This document shows, piece after piece, positions 37,910 through 47,703 of a stretch of DNA of 56,349 nucleotides. Under the pieces are notes generated by a model. It had not been told where the DNA came from and made no database searches. It saw only the letters and a list, made by a program, of their open reading frames with translations. The DNA comes from Myxococcota bacterium (GTDB lineage Bacteria; Myxococcota_A; UBA796; GCA-2862545): assembly GCA_039208735.1 (NCBI GenBank), contig JBCCQY010000050.1:1-56349 (forward strand), written 5' to 3'. Positions within the stretch are counted from its first letter, which is position 1. The number at the start of each line of letters is the position of its first letter. Both the position numbers and the translations under genes were made by a program.

Positions 37910-38856
37910 GCGACCTCCGGAGCGGGTGCGCTCGGTAAGGCAGGCGCCGGCGCCGAGGACTCACGAACCACCGCGGGCGAACGCCAAACTTCGTAATGGA
38001 GCCACGCCGTGGCAATCGCGATGAGGTTTGCCCCGAGCGAGTGGAGCAGCGTGACCTCGACGGGCAACAACCACCACACGTTGAGGGCGCCAACCAGTCC
38101 TTGCGCGAGCACCAGCAACAGCAGGATGCGGCTTTGGCGAGCCACCCGAACCGAGCCCTGCCACGTCAGAACGACCTGAATCGTGGCAAGCCCAAGGAGG
38201 GTCCACGCCCCAACCCGGTGCATGACCTGCAGCCCCATCGGCCCGGCAAACGTAGGGAACCAGACGTCGCCATAGCAGGCGGGAAAGCTCGGACAGGTGA
38301 GCCCAGCGTACGACGAAGAGACCAGACCACCAAGACCGATTTGCAAGGGGACCATGACGGCAATCAGCACCGCACCCATGCGCACCGTGGCGGTCACGGG
38401 TGCGCGGTCCGTTACCTCACCGCGCCGCGCTTCATGAATGGAAATCGCGAGCAAGAAGAGGAGCACCGCGAACGCGTTGCCCGCGAGCAGATGCGACGTG
38501 ACTGTCCATTCGGCGAGCAGCTCGAGCACCGTCAGTCCGCCGAGCACGATCTGAACGGCAAGCACCATGGCCGCCACGCCCCACAGGACAGGAATGAAAC
38601 GCGGCAATTCGCGTCGCAGCGCGAAGATGAGCCCGCCTAGGGCGACAAATCCGAGCGAGATTCCCCCGGCAAGCACCCGGTGCCCCCACTCGAGGCCCAC
38701 CCCGAAGTCGATCGTCGGGATGACCTCGCCGAAGCAAAGCGGCCAATCCGGGCACGCGAGGCCCGCGCCGTGCACCCGCACGGAGGCCCCAAAAACCACG
38801 AGACCGACGGTCGCGAGCGTCAGGCCCCATGCAATGCGTTGGATGAGCGTCAACAC
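37906..38856 (-). CDS. ctaA: Heme A synthase (COX15/CtaA)
   Basis: GLACPDWPLC, EWGHR, QIVLGG, second CPSFPAC, HR and H motifs; GTG 38856 with GAGG RBS. Confidence 0.9.
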   Translation of the reverse strand: MLTLIQRIAWGLTLATVGLVVFGASVRVHGAGLACPDWPLCFGEVIPTIDFGVGLEWGHRVLAGGISLGFVALGGLIFALRRELPRFIPVLWGVAAMVLAVQIVLGGLTVLELLAEWTVTSHLLAGNAFAVLLFLLAISIHEARRGEVTDRAPVTATVRMGAVLIAVMVPLQIGLGGLVSSSYAGLTCPSFPACYGDVWFPTFAGPMGLQVMHRVGAWTLLGLATIQVVLTWQGSVRVARQSRILLLLVLAQGLVGALNVWWLLPVEVTLLHSLGANLIAIATAWLHYEVWRSPAVVRESSAPAPALPSAPAPEVA

Positions 38857-39044
38857 GATTTTCCTCTGGCAAGGTGTCGGTGTAGCCGCGCTCTTGCGGC
38901 TCGACATGCGATGCATACGTCGGTAGTCGGCGAACGGCCTATGTTCGCGGGCAATCACCGATGCAGCACGGTGTTGCATGGGTTCTACCTGGGCAGTTCG
39001 CGACTGGCGGGTGACGACGCCCTTACGAGCTGCCTGGAGCCTAC

Positions 39045-39377
39045 ATGAGCACCGAGCCCCCATCTGCGGCCCGCTGGCCCGCCTGGATCGAGGAATGGGT
39101 CCTGCCGTACCTGAACAATGCCTCACTCTGGCCGGTGTGGATCGCCTTGATTGGCCATGTCGTCGTGGGAATTGCGGGATTGATGTTGCTGGGCGTGCGC
39201 CAAAGCCTGCCTGAAGCTTGGTTTGTCCTCGTGCTGCTCGGCCTCGGCTCGGGGTGGCTCGTGGCGAAGGAATGGCAAGTTTCGGCGAAGCTCGGAGGCG
39301 TTGCGCTCACCGTGGTCCTGGGATGGGCCGCGTCGGCGGGACTCGCATGGCTCGCCGAGGCCATCGACTTGTTTTAA
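39045..39377 (+). CDS. Small multi-TM hypothetical protein
   Basis: GGAG RBS; three hydrophobic segments. Confidence 0.55.
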   Translation: MSTEPPSAARWPAWIEEWVLPYLNNASLWPVWIALIGHVVVGIAGLMLLGVRQSLPEAWFVLVLLGLGSGWLVAKEWQVSAKLGGVALTVVLGWAASAGLAWLAEAIDLF

Positions 39378-39383
39378 CGCCGA

Positions 39384-40241
39384 CTAAGGCGCAACCGTGG
39401 GGTAATCGACGGGGTTGGGGGCCGGCCGTTCGCAAATCGCGAGGGCTTGTTGCGGCCCAAAGTCCGTTCCGTCCGACGGCGTGCCGTAGCACCAACCATC
39501 GTCGCGAAGCACCAAGGCAAGCCGTGCATTGACAGCAATCGCATCGAGCAGGGCATCGGCCATCGGGTCAGCCGGGGCGAGGTCGATCAGGAAGTCGACG
39601 GGCTCGGGATTCCCACACAATGGGAGGCCTTCGGGCACCGACCCGTCTGGCCATCGCCAATCTTCGGTGGCCTCGTCAAAGCGCAGGTCGACAAATGCCG
39701 CAAACCCGTGGCCCACGCCCGGCAACGACTCAAGCCAGTCTGGCAAGGACTGCAACTCGGTGCTGTCCTGGAGGGTAGCGAGCCCACGTTGCCCTTCGCG
39801 AGCGGTTTCGGACATCTCGGAGGCCCACCCTTCGCACCGGTCGGCCGCGGTCGTGTAGTGGATGGCTGCGCTCGTGCCGTCGAAGGCCACGAACTCCCGC
39901 TGACCTACAACCAATCCCGCGACATTGCCGGCCGGGTCGAGCGAATCTGGACACGCCCGACTTACCAATCCTGTCACGTTGGGATCATTGTCGTCGCAGT
40001 CCAGATCGTTACCGGCGGCCCCGGGAGGCAGCGCCGTCACGCAAGCAATCTGCCCAAGGGCTCCCTCGCCACCCCAACCGTCGCCGTCCGCGTCGATGAA
40101 GGTCGTGACCTCCACGCAACCGATGGGCAACACCTCGCCTTCGCGAAGGTCCCAGACCGAACCGCAGCTCGCCAACGGTGCCAAGAGGCCGACGACAAGC
40201 ACCGAAGCAAGGTGACCAAGAATTGACGGGCGGTTGCGCAT
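39384..40241 (-). CDS. Lipoprotein with a DxDGDGxG/DCDD putative metal-binding repeat and a C-type-lectin-like domain
   Basis: Lipobox LASC; 'DADGDGWG...DCDDNDP'; 'AADRC...LATL...WRWPDG...AICE'; AGGAG RBS. Confidence 0.55.
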   Translation of the reverse strand: MRNRPSILGHLASVLVVGLLAPLASCGSVWDLREGEVLPIGCVEVTTFIDADGDGWGGEGALGQIACVTALPPGAAGNDLDCDDNDPNVTGLVSRACPDSLDPAGNVAGLVVGQREFVAFDGTSAAIHYTTAADRCEGWASEMSETAREGQRGLATLQDSTELQSLPDWLESLPGVGHGFAAFVDLRFDEATEDWRWPDGSVPEGLPLCGNPEPVDFLIDLAPADPMADALLDAIAVNARLALVLRDDGWCYGTPSDGTDFGPQQALAICERPAPNPVDYPTVAP

Positions 40242-40359
40242 GGCACTCCTGGGTCGACGCACACGTAGCGCGCACGACGCCCGAAGGCCGCACCGCGGAT
40301 CCAACGAGGATAAAACCAACCTTCACGCTGCAGCTGCCTTGCAGCTGCTCGGAGGGCAC

Positions 40360-41286
40360 ATGGGCATCGAGTCAGATTGGATCTGGATGGACGGCGAGTG
40401 GGTTCCCTATGGCGATGCCAAGGTGCACGTCTTGACCCACACTCTGCACTACGGACTCGGCGCCTTCGAGGGCATTCGCGCATACAAGCAGCCCGACGGG
40501 CGCCCGGGAATCTGGCGACTCGACCAACACCTCGAACGATTGCTCGACAGCATGCGCATCACGCTCATGCCAAGCCCCTACAGCCTCGATGAACTCAAGC
40601 TCGTGTGCGGCGACGTGGTCTTGCGCAACGGCTTCGAGGAAGCCTATATTCGACCACTCGCCTACATCGGCGAAGGTTCGATGGGACTAGGCGCCCGCAC
40701 GAATCGCATTCGCGTGTCCGTAGCGGCTTGGGAATGGGGGGCTTACCTGGGCGAAGAGGGAATGAAGAAGGGAGTTTCCCTCAAGACCAGCACGTTCACC
40801 CGGAACCATCCCAACGCGGCACCCGCTCACGCCAAGATCGTGGGCCACTACGTGAACAGCATCCTTGCGCGCTACGAGGCAAACGACGATGGCTTCGATG
40901 AAGCCCTGATGCTCGACCACCGCGGCCTCGTCGCAGAAGGCACGGGCGAAAACCTCTTTGTCGTACGCAAGGGCAAGGTCTACACGCCGCCGCCCATCAA
41001 CATCCTGCCCGGCATCACGCGCCAGTCGGTCATCGACCTGATGCGCCTCGACGACATCGAGGTCATTGAGCAGCCCCTAGCCCGTGACGCGCTGTACGTG
41101 GCTGACGAAGTGTTCATGTGCGGGACTGCAGCCGAAGTCACCCCGGTGCGCAGCCTCGACCGTCGCGACATTGGCAAGGGCAAGCCGGGGCCCATCACCA
41201 AGCGCATGCAGGAGCGCTACCAGGCCGCAGTCCACGGTGAAATCGACGTCCTCCAAGAGGACATCACGGTCGTGGACCCTCGCTGA
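40360..41286 (+). CDS. ilvE: Branched-chain amino acid aminotransferase
   Basis: LHYGLGAFEGIRAY, AYIRP, AKIVGHYVNS, EGTGENLF, LPGITR, GTAAEVTPV. Confidence 0.93.
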   Translation: MGIESDWIWMDGEWVPYGDAKVHVLTHTLHYGLGAFEGIRAYKQPDGRPGIWRLDQHLERLLDSMRITLMPSPYSLDELKLVCGDVVLRNGFEEAYIRPLAYIGEGSMGLGARTNRIRVSVAAWEWGAYLGEEGMKKGVSLKTSTFTRNHPNAAPAHAKIVGHYVNSILARYEANDDGFDEALMLDHRGLVAEGTGENLFVVRKGKVYTPPPINILPGITRQSVIDLMRLDDIEVIEQPLARDALYVADEVFMCGTAAEVTPVRSLDRRDIGKGKPGPITKRMQERYQAAVHGEIDVLQEDITVVDPR

Positions 41287-42130
41287 CCTTCGTGGTCCAC
41301 GGAGGCTCGGCGGTGATGAGCTTCACCCGCGGCACGAGCCACGCGGGAAGGCTCCGCGCCACCGCCTCCGCGATTTCATCGGCCTCGTATCGGCGCGAAA
41401 AATGGGAAAGCACGAGCGTCTCTACGTCGCGCAGGCGCTCGGCGTGTTCGGCAATCGCACCGAGATGCACATGACCACTCCGATCGGCCCGCTTGGCCGC
41501 AGCGGGGTCGTCGAGAAAGGTGCATTCCAGCACGAGGGTCCGCGCGGACACGGGCAGATCTTCCTTTTCAATGACCTTGACCGTGGTATCGCCGCAAAAC
41601 GCGAGTTCCGTGGGGTAGATGCGCTCGCTCACCTCGTTCCCCGCTTCACGGTGCGCCCGAATTTCAGCCTCAGACCACCCCACAAAGGCCGCCTTGAGTT
41701 TTCGCTTGCCCCGTTGCAGGGCGTAGCCCACCGTCGGGACGCGATGGTAGGCCCGAAAGACCTCGACGAATCGGTCACGACCGACCTCGATTCGGTCTCC
41801 GGGCTTCACCCCGACAATGCGCGCGGGAAGACTCGACCGATCGAGACGTCTCCAGACGTCCATCAGCTCGTGCACATCGTCCTCGATCTCTGCAGGAACG
41901 AAGTACGTCGCCGCTGGACTGCCGACAAGCAAGCGCAGCGCGGCATGATACGCAATTCCACCGAGGTGATCGACGTGGCCGTGGGTGATGCACACCCAAC
42001 GATGCCGCGCCGCGGAAGGAGGACAGCGGCCCATGTCGAAACACAGCCGGTACGACGGCACCTCGATGCACGTCTCCATGCCGCCTACCGAAGTCGCTTC
42101 GATTTCGAGGCCGGCAACCTGAAGCTTCAC
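41264..42130 (-). CDS. MBL-fold hydrolase, short-form (TM-type) RNase Z-like
   Basis: SVGGMETC, FDMGRCP, THGHVDH, HRVP, GDT, ECTF, GHVH, SHFSRRY. Confidence 0.75.
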   Translation of the reverse strand: MKLQVAGLEIEATSVGGMETCIEVPSYRLCFDMGRCPPSAARHRWVCITHGHVDHLGGIAYHAALRLLVGSPAATYFVPAEIEDDVHELMDVWRRLDRSSLPARIVGVKPGDRIEVGRDRFVEVFRAYHRVPTVGYALQRGKRKLKAAFVGWSEAEIRAHREAGNEVSERIYPTELAFCGDTTVKVIEKEDLPVSARTLVLECTFLDDPAAAKRADRSGHVHLGAIAEHAERLRDVETLVLSHFSRRYEADEIAEAVARSLPAWLVPRVKLITAEPPWTTKVSEGPRP

Positions 42131-42177
42131 GTCACTCCTGGGTTCCGAGGGGGCCCCGGCCTGTGGTTGGATGGACC

Positions 42178-43560
42178 ATGTTGTTCCTGCACCTGCTCTC
42201 GATTCTTGGGATGGCCGCGCCGCCCGACCTGCCCATGCTGCCGTCGGGCGAGACCTACGATCCCACGCGCTCCTTTGCGCCACTTGTCGAAGCGGTGCAA
42301 CCCGCCGTCGTTACCATCGAGGTCACAGCGGAGCCAGCGTCCGACTCGTTGCAACGCTTGCTCGGATTCGATCCCGAGGTGGAGCCTGGACCGAGTGGCG
42401 AAGGGTCGGGCTTCATCATCGACCCTGCCGGCTACATGCTCACCAACGCGCATGTCATCGAGGACGCCAAGTCCTACGAAATTGTGCTCCAGGATGGAGA
42501 ACGCGTTCAGGCCGACATCGTCGGACGCGACACCGCGATGGATATCGCCCTGCTGAAACTGAAGGGCACGCGCCAGTGGCCCACCGTGCAACTTGGCGAC
42601 AGCGATGCGGTTCGGGTGGGCGACTGGGTCGTAGCCCTCGGCAATGCGCTGGGCCTGGGGAGCACAGCCACGTTCGGCATTGTCTCGGGCAAAGGCCGGG
42701 TCATCGGTCACGATGTGTTCGGCAACGAGGACTTCATCCAAACCGACGCCGCCATCAACCAGGGCAATTCGGGCGGTCCTCTCTTCGACCTTTCGGGACG
42801 CGTGGTGGGGATGAACACGGCGATCATCGCCAACGCCAACACGGTGGGCTTTGCGATTCCCAGCAATCTCGTGTCCAGCGTGTTGCCAGATTTGCGAAAG
42901 CTGGGCCGCGTTGCGCGGGGCTTTCTCGGGGTTCGCCCTCAAACCCTGAACCGCGACCTTCGGATGAACAATGGCATTCGGGCCAAAGAAGGCGTCCTCG
43001 TGACCCGCGTGTTTCCAGACACGCCCGCTTCGGATGGCGGACTGCGGCTCGGAGATGTCATTCTCGCGGTCGATGGCGACGGCGTGACCGATGAGGAAGC
43101 CTTGATTTCGGCAATTGCGAACCGACGACCTGGCGACAAGGTCGCCTTGCGCATCGAGCGCAAAGGCAAGACGAAAACGGTCACCGTCGTGCTGGCCGAG
43201 CGCCGTGATGAGGAAGAGGAAGCCTCGTCGGAAGAGGACGAGGCGCCGACGTCCCCACCGGAACGTGAAGACCTCGGCCCCGACATCGAGATCCTAAGGG
43301 TCGCAGGGGTCCTGTTCGGACCGATCCCGCCGGTGCTTGCAGACCAAACCGGCATCAAGAAAGGGGTACTCGTGGCCCGTGCGCGCAGAGGCGCGGGTGC
43401 GGAGGCCCCCCAACTCGGCGACATCGTCGTCGAGGCCAACCGTCGGCGCGTGGACGACGTGTCCGACCTCGCGAAGGCGCTCGACAAGAAGTCCGGCGAC
43501 GCCAAGCTCGTGGTCATCCGTGATGGCAAGCGCGTCGACGTGACCCTCGCCCGCGAATGA
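42178..43560 (+). CDS. DegP/HtrA family serine protease with two PDZ domains
   Basis: GSGF, TNAHV, DIALLK, QTDAAINQGNSGGP; signal peptide. Confidence 0.93.
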   Translation: MLFLHLLSILGMAAPPDLPMLPSGETYDPTRSFAPLVEAVQPAVVTIEVTAEPASDSLQRLLGFDPEVEPGPSGEGSGFIIDPAGYMLTNAHVIEDAKSYEIVLQDGERVQADIVGRDTAMDIALLKLKGTRQWPTVQLGDSDAVRVGDWVVALGNALGLGSTATFGIVSGKGRVIGHDVFGNEDFIQTDAAINQGNSGGPLFDLSGRVVGMNTAIIANANTVGFAIPSNLVSSVLPDLRKLGRVARGFLGVRPQTLNRDLRMNNGIRAKEGVLVTRVFPDTPASDGGLRLGDVILAVDGDGVTDEEALISAIANRRPGDKVALRIERKGKTKTVTVVLAERRDEEEEASSEEDEAPTSPPEREDLGPDIEILRVAGVLFGPIPPVLADQTGIKKGVLVARARRGAGAEAPQLGDIVVEANRRRVDDVSDLAKALDKKSGDAKLVVIRDGKRVDVTLARE

Positions 43561-43575
43561 CCAAGGAGTCTAGCC

Positions 43576-45258
43576 GTGTTCGATGATTACCTGATCCTCG
43601 GAGGAGCCGGCCTCGTCGGCCTGCAGGTCTGCCGACGCATTGTGCTCGAGCTGAAGCCGAAACGGATCGTCGTCGCGGCCTTGACCGAACCGGAAGCGAG
43701 CCGAGCGGTGACCGCACTTCGCGAGGAGTTTGGCGCCCAGGTCCACTTTGCCGCTGCGTACGGCAACCTGTTCGTGCCCACCGACCTCGCCACCGTGCCT
43801 CGTCCCACCATGCTGTCCGAGCGTGCGACCCGAAGACGCTTGCTTCAATGGCTCTATGGCGACTTCGACCAAGCGTTCTCCGAAAACCATCTCGTGAAGC
43901 TCATCGAGCAACACAGGCCCGAAGTCATCGTGGACTGCGTGAATACGGCGACGGGCCTGTCGTACCAAAACGTCTTTGACGGCGCTCACAAAGTGATGGG
44001 CTGGATGGATGACGCCGGGAGCTTCGAAGACGAAGGCGTCGAAGACCTCGAGCATTTCCTGCTGTCGCAGTCGGTGCCCCAGCTCATCCGCCATGTGCGC
44101 TGCGTCCATCGGGCCACCGAGATGTACGGGACTCGAGCCTACTTGAAGGTGGGCACCACCGGCACCGGGGGCATGGGCCTCAACATCCCCTACACCCACT
44201 CCGAAGACAAACCGTCGAAGGTCCTTCTCGCGAAGACCGAGGCTGCGTTCGGGCATACCGGCCTGCTCTTCCTGTTGGCCCGAACCCCCAATGCGCCCAT
44301 CGTGAAAGAAGTGAAGCCTGCTGCGATGATCGGGTACCGCGGCGTACGCACGATCCAGGTTCGCGACAAGCACGGCAACCACCAGGTCGTGGTCCCCCGA
44401 ACCATGGCCTTGACCGACAGCCTCTCGCTACGGGAGGACCCCGCCAATTACGACATCGTCGGCGAGATGGTACTCTCGGTCGTCGATACGGGCGAAAATG
44501 GCCTCTTCACACGCGGCGAATTCGCCGCCATCACGGCGTTGGGGCAGATGGAGTACATCACCCCCGAAGAAATCGCGCGGACCGTGGTCCACGAGATTCG
44601 CGGTGCGAACACTGGACAGGACGTGATTTCGGCCGTCGACTCCTCGGTGCTGAATCCATCCTACAAGGCGGGCTTGGTGCGCGAGGCCGCGCTCCACGAC
44701 CTGGTACTCGCCGAGTCTGAGTCGGGCTTGCCGTCCATCGCCCTTGGCCGCCTCGGGCCCCCTGAACTCTCGAAACTCTTGTTTGAAGCTCAACTGATCA
44801 AAGAACGGTTCGGCGGCCTTCGCGCCACGCTGACCCACGAAGGACGGGACCGGACCCCGCACGAACTGTCCGAGGCGCTTTCAGAACAGCTTGAGCACAG
44901 CAAGGTCCGCACCTTGGCGCCCAGCATCGGCATTCCCATCCTGTCGCCCGACGGCAAGACCTTGTTGCGAGGACCCCGCATCAACGTGCCCGAGGTCAGC
45001 GGACGATCCACGGCTGTAACCCTCGACGACCCGGACCGGACCGATGCATGGGCGAGCAAGGGATGGATCGACCTGCGGCCAAAGAACGCCGCAGTGTGGC
45101 TGGAGCGGTTGCAGCGAATGCTGGCCGCTCGGGTCGAACTTCGCGACGCGGGGTCGGCCGCAGCAAGCATCGAGACTTACCTGCCAGCCGGATTTGAAAT
45201 CGGCGAAGTTGTAGCTTGGATCTTCAATAACGAGATGGGTGGACACAGGATCAAGTGA
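43576..45258 (+). CDS. NAD(P)-binding Rossmann-fold protein of unknown function
   Basis: ILGGAGLVG dinucleotide-binding motif; IVDCVNTATG; 560 aa; no specific family recognised. Confidence 0.6.
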   Translation: MFDDYLILGGAGLVGLQVCRRIVLELKPKRIVVAALTEPEASRAVTALREEFGAQVHFAAAYGNLFVPTDLATVPRPTMLSERATRRRLLQWLYGDFDQAFSENHLVKLIEQHRPEVIVDCVNTATGLSYQNVFDGAHKVMGWMDDAGSFEDEGVEDLEHFLLSQSVPQLIRHVRCVHRATEMYGTRAYLKVGTTGTGGMGLNIPYTHSEDKPSKVLLAKTEAAFGHTGLLFLLARTPNAPIVKEVKPAAMIGYRGVRTIQVRDKHGNHQVVVPRTMALTDSLSLREDPANYDIVGEMVLSVVDTGENGLFTRGEFAAITALGQMEYITPEEIARTVVHEIRGANTGQDVISAVDSSVLNPSYKAGLVREAALHDLVLAESESGLPSIALGRLGPPELSKLLFEAQLIKERFGGLRATLTHEGRDRTPHELSEALSEQLEHSKVRTLAPSIGIPILSPDGKTLLRGPRINVPEVSGRSTAVTLDDPDRTDAWASKGWIDLRPKNAAVWLERLQRMLAARVELRDAGSAAASIETYLPAGFEIGEVVAWIFNNEMGGHRIK

Positions 45259-45259
45259 C

Positions 45260-46588
45260 ATGACCACGTCGACGACGGGGATGCCGGCGTACAAACTGCT
45301 CGAGATTGCGGCGGCCGGCACCTTCGGAACGGTGTGCATCGTGCGCAACCTCGACCGAGGAACGCTTCTCGCCCTCAAAGTACTGAAAGAAGCTCACCTC
45401 AACCGACCGCGCATCATTGCCCGGACCCGGGACGAGGCGGCGATGCTCTCGCAGCTTCGCCATCCCAACATCGTCGAAGTCTTCCGCCTCGAAAACCTCG
45501 AAGGTCGCCCGGTGGTGGCGATGGAATGGGTCCGGGGCCTGGCGCTCGAAGCGGTGCTCGCCCAAAAGCCCCAAGGGGTGCCTCCGCTGGTGGCGGTGCA
45601 AATCGTACGGCGCTGCACGCTTGCGCTCGGGGCGGCCTACCACGCAAGCCCGCCCCAAGGCGGTCCTCCGATGCGCATTATCCATCGCGACATCAAGCCC
45701 TCCAACGTGCTGATGAGCGTGGATGGTGAAGTCAAGATGGTGGACTTCGGCATCGCTCACGGCCAATTCGAAGGAAAAGAGGCCAAGACGCTCTCGATGG
45801 TGCTCGGCGCCCGCGGGTACCTCGCTCCTGAACGCCTGGACGGCTACGCCGACAAGCCTAGCTGCGACGTCTACTCTCTCGGCGTCATGTTGTACGAGCT
45901 GCTGACCGGGGCCCACGTCATGCTTTCGGTACACCGGGACTACCACGCCGAGGCCTTGCAGAACTACCTCGATAAGCTCGATCCGCCGCGACTTCCGGAA
46001 GGGGGGGTCACCCGTCTACGGTCCCTCGTGGGGTCCATGGTGGCCTACGACGAAGCCCTGCGTCCCAGTCACGAGGAACTCGCGCACCAACTCTCGAGCT
46101 TCCTCAACGACTTCGGGGGACCCCCGAACATGACGCTGTGGGCCCGCAGCGAGGTTTTGCCCATGTTTCGGAAGCGCCGTCGGCCACGTCCCATCGACCA
46201 CCCTGCGTATCCACAGCTCGCCTTCCTCGAGCGCACGGCCCGAATGGTCAAGTTTCCGGCGCCTCCTGACGTCGATCAGGAGATCCGCATCTTCCTGCGT
46301 CAGCCTGACTGGACGCGGCATCTCGAGGAGCTCGATCTCATTCTCACGAAGAACCCCCACTGGTCCGAAGCGCCGTTCCTTGAGAAGCTCCCCACGGGCA
46401 AGAGCAATTGGTGGAAGTTCTGGGGCGCCGCAGAGGTCGATGAAAGCGAAATCGTCGCCATCCTACGCATCCTGACGGCCCGGCCGACCGAAGCGGTCAT
46501 CGAACGCGCCGAGCTGTTCAAGAACCACAGCGACCCACGCATTTCCGCCGCAGCCCAGGACATGCTCTTCGGACTTGCCTCGCTCTGA
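45260..46588 (+). CDS. Cytoplasmic Ser/Thr protein kinase
   Basis: GTFGTV, ALKVL, HRDIKPSN, DFG, YLAPE, DVYSLG. Confidence 0.88.
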   Translation: MTTSTTGMPAYKLLEIAAAGTFGTVCIVRNLDRGTLLALKVLKEAHLNRPRIIARTRDEAAMLSQLRHPNIVEVFRLENLEGRPVVAMEWVRGLALEAVLAQKPQGVPPLVAVQIVRRCTLALGAAYHASPPQGGPPMRIIHRDIKPSNVLMSVDGEVKMVDFGIAHGQFEGKEAKTLSMVLGARGYLAPERLDGYADKPSCDVYSLGVMLYELLTGAHVMLSVHRDYHAEALQNYLDKLDPPRLPEGGVTRLRSLVGSMVAYDEALRPSHEELAHQLSSFLNDFGGPPNMTLWARSEVLPMFRKRRRPRPIDHPAYPQLAFLERTARMVKFPAPPDVDQEIRIFLRQPDWTRHLEELDLILTKNPHWSEAPFLEKLPTGKSNWWKFWGAAEVDESEIVAILRILTARPTEAVIERAELFKNHSDPRISAAAQDMLFGLASL

Positions 46589-46617
46589 CGCCCAGCGGCC
46601 TGGATAGGGGTCGTGCC

Positions 46618-47703
46618 ATGGAAGTCCGAGCGCTACGCGATGCCCGACGCATCGTCGTCAAGGTAGGAACGAGCGTCGTGACACGCCCCGACGGGCGACT
46701 CGCCGTGGGTCGGATGGGGGCGGTCGCCGAAGCGGTCGCCGCCCTGCATCAACAGGGGCGTCAGGTGTTGCTCGTCTCGTCGGGGGCGATTGGCCTTGGC
46801 GTCGAACAACTTGGGTTTGAGCGGCGGCCTCGGTCGCTGGTGGATCAGCAGGCTTGCGCCGCCGCGGGGCAAGGAACCTTGGTCACCACGTACGACCATT
46901 TGTTTTCCAGACTCGGACTCACCCTCGCCCAAGTGCTATTGACCGAAGACGATTTTCATCGTCGGGCTCGCTACATCTCGCTGGGCCAGACACTCGAACG
47001 GCTGCTCGGGCTCGGAGCGATTCCCCTCATCAATGAAAACGACGTCGTGGCTGCGGAGCACTTGTCGGTGTTCGGCGACAACGACCGCCTCGCCGCGTTG
47101 GTCTCGATCCACCTCGCATGCGATGCCCTGGTGCTGCTAAGCGATGTCGACTCGGTTCGGACCGCCCCTCCGGGCGACCCGGCCAGCGAGCGCATCGCGG
47201 TGATGACAGACGACCGAAAGGTCAGCCTCGGTCCTGCGTCAGCCGGAGGAACCGGGGGCATGCAAGCCAAGATCAGGGCCGCTCGATTGGCCGCTCGCGA
47301 AGGGGTGACGACGGTGGTGGCAAGTGGGTTCCTGCCCGATACGCTTTCGCGGGTGATGCGTGATGACGACGTGGGAACTCGGTTCCCGGCTGCTTCCCGG
47401 CGCCCGTCTCGCCAGCGCTGGCTCGCCCTCGCCACGGTTCCCGAGGGCACCCTTCACGTCAATGAAGGGGCGCGTCGCGCGCTGGTGGAGCGTCGAGCCA
47501 GTTTGTTGCAACCCGGCATCATCGCTGTCGAAGGGTCCTTCGGCCCCCACGCCGTGGTGCGCATCGTGCACGACGATACCGAGATTGCGCGGGGGCAGTG
47601 CACCCGAAACGCCGCCACCATCACGGCCGCCTTGGGGAGCACCGAGCGTGACCAGGTGGTCGTGCACCGGGATGCTCTCGCTATTCTCCAGGAGGTACCA
47701 TGA
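46618..47703 (+). CDS. proB: Glutamate 5-kinase (with PUA domain)
   Basis: VVKVGTS, VSSGAI, AAAGQ, INEND, GDNDRLAA, GTGGMQAK. Confidence 0.95.
   Translation: MEVRALRDARRIVVKVGTSVVTRPDGRLAVGRMGAVAEAVAALHQQGRQVLLVSSGAIGLGVEQLGFERRPRSLVDQQACAAAGQGTLVTTYDHLFSRLGLTLAQVLLTEDDFHRRARYISLGQTLERLLGLGAIPLINENDVVAAEHLSVFGDNDRLAALVSIHLACDALVLLSDVDSVRTAPPGDPASERIAVMTDDRKVSLGPASAGGTGGMQAKIRAARLAAREGVTTVVASGFLPDTLSRVMRDDDVGTRFPAASRRPSRQRWLALATVPEGTLHVNEGARRALVERRASLLQPGIIAVEGSFGPHAVVRIVHDDTEIARGQCTRNAATITAALGSTERDQVVVHRDALAILQEVP

Noticed and set aside
41084..42556. 490-aa plus-strand ORF
   Set aside because: Overlaps ilvE, the RNase Z-like gene and degP; no recognisable domain
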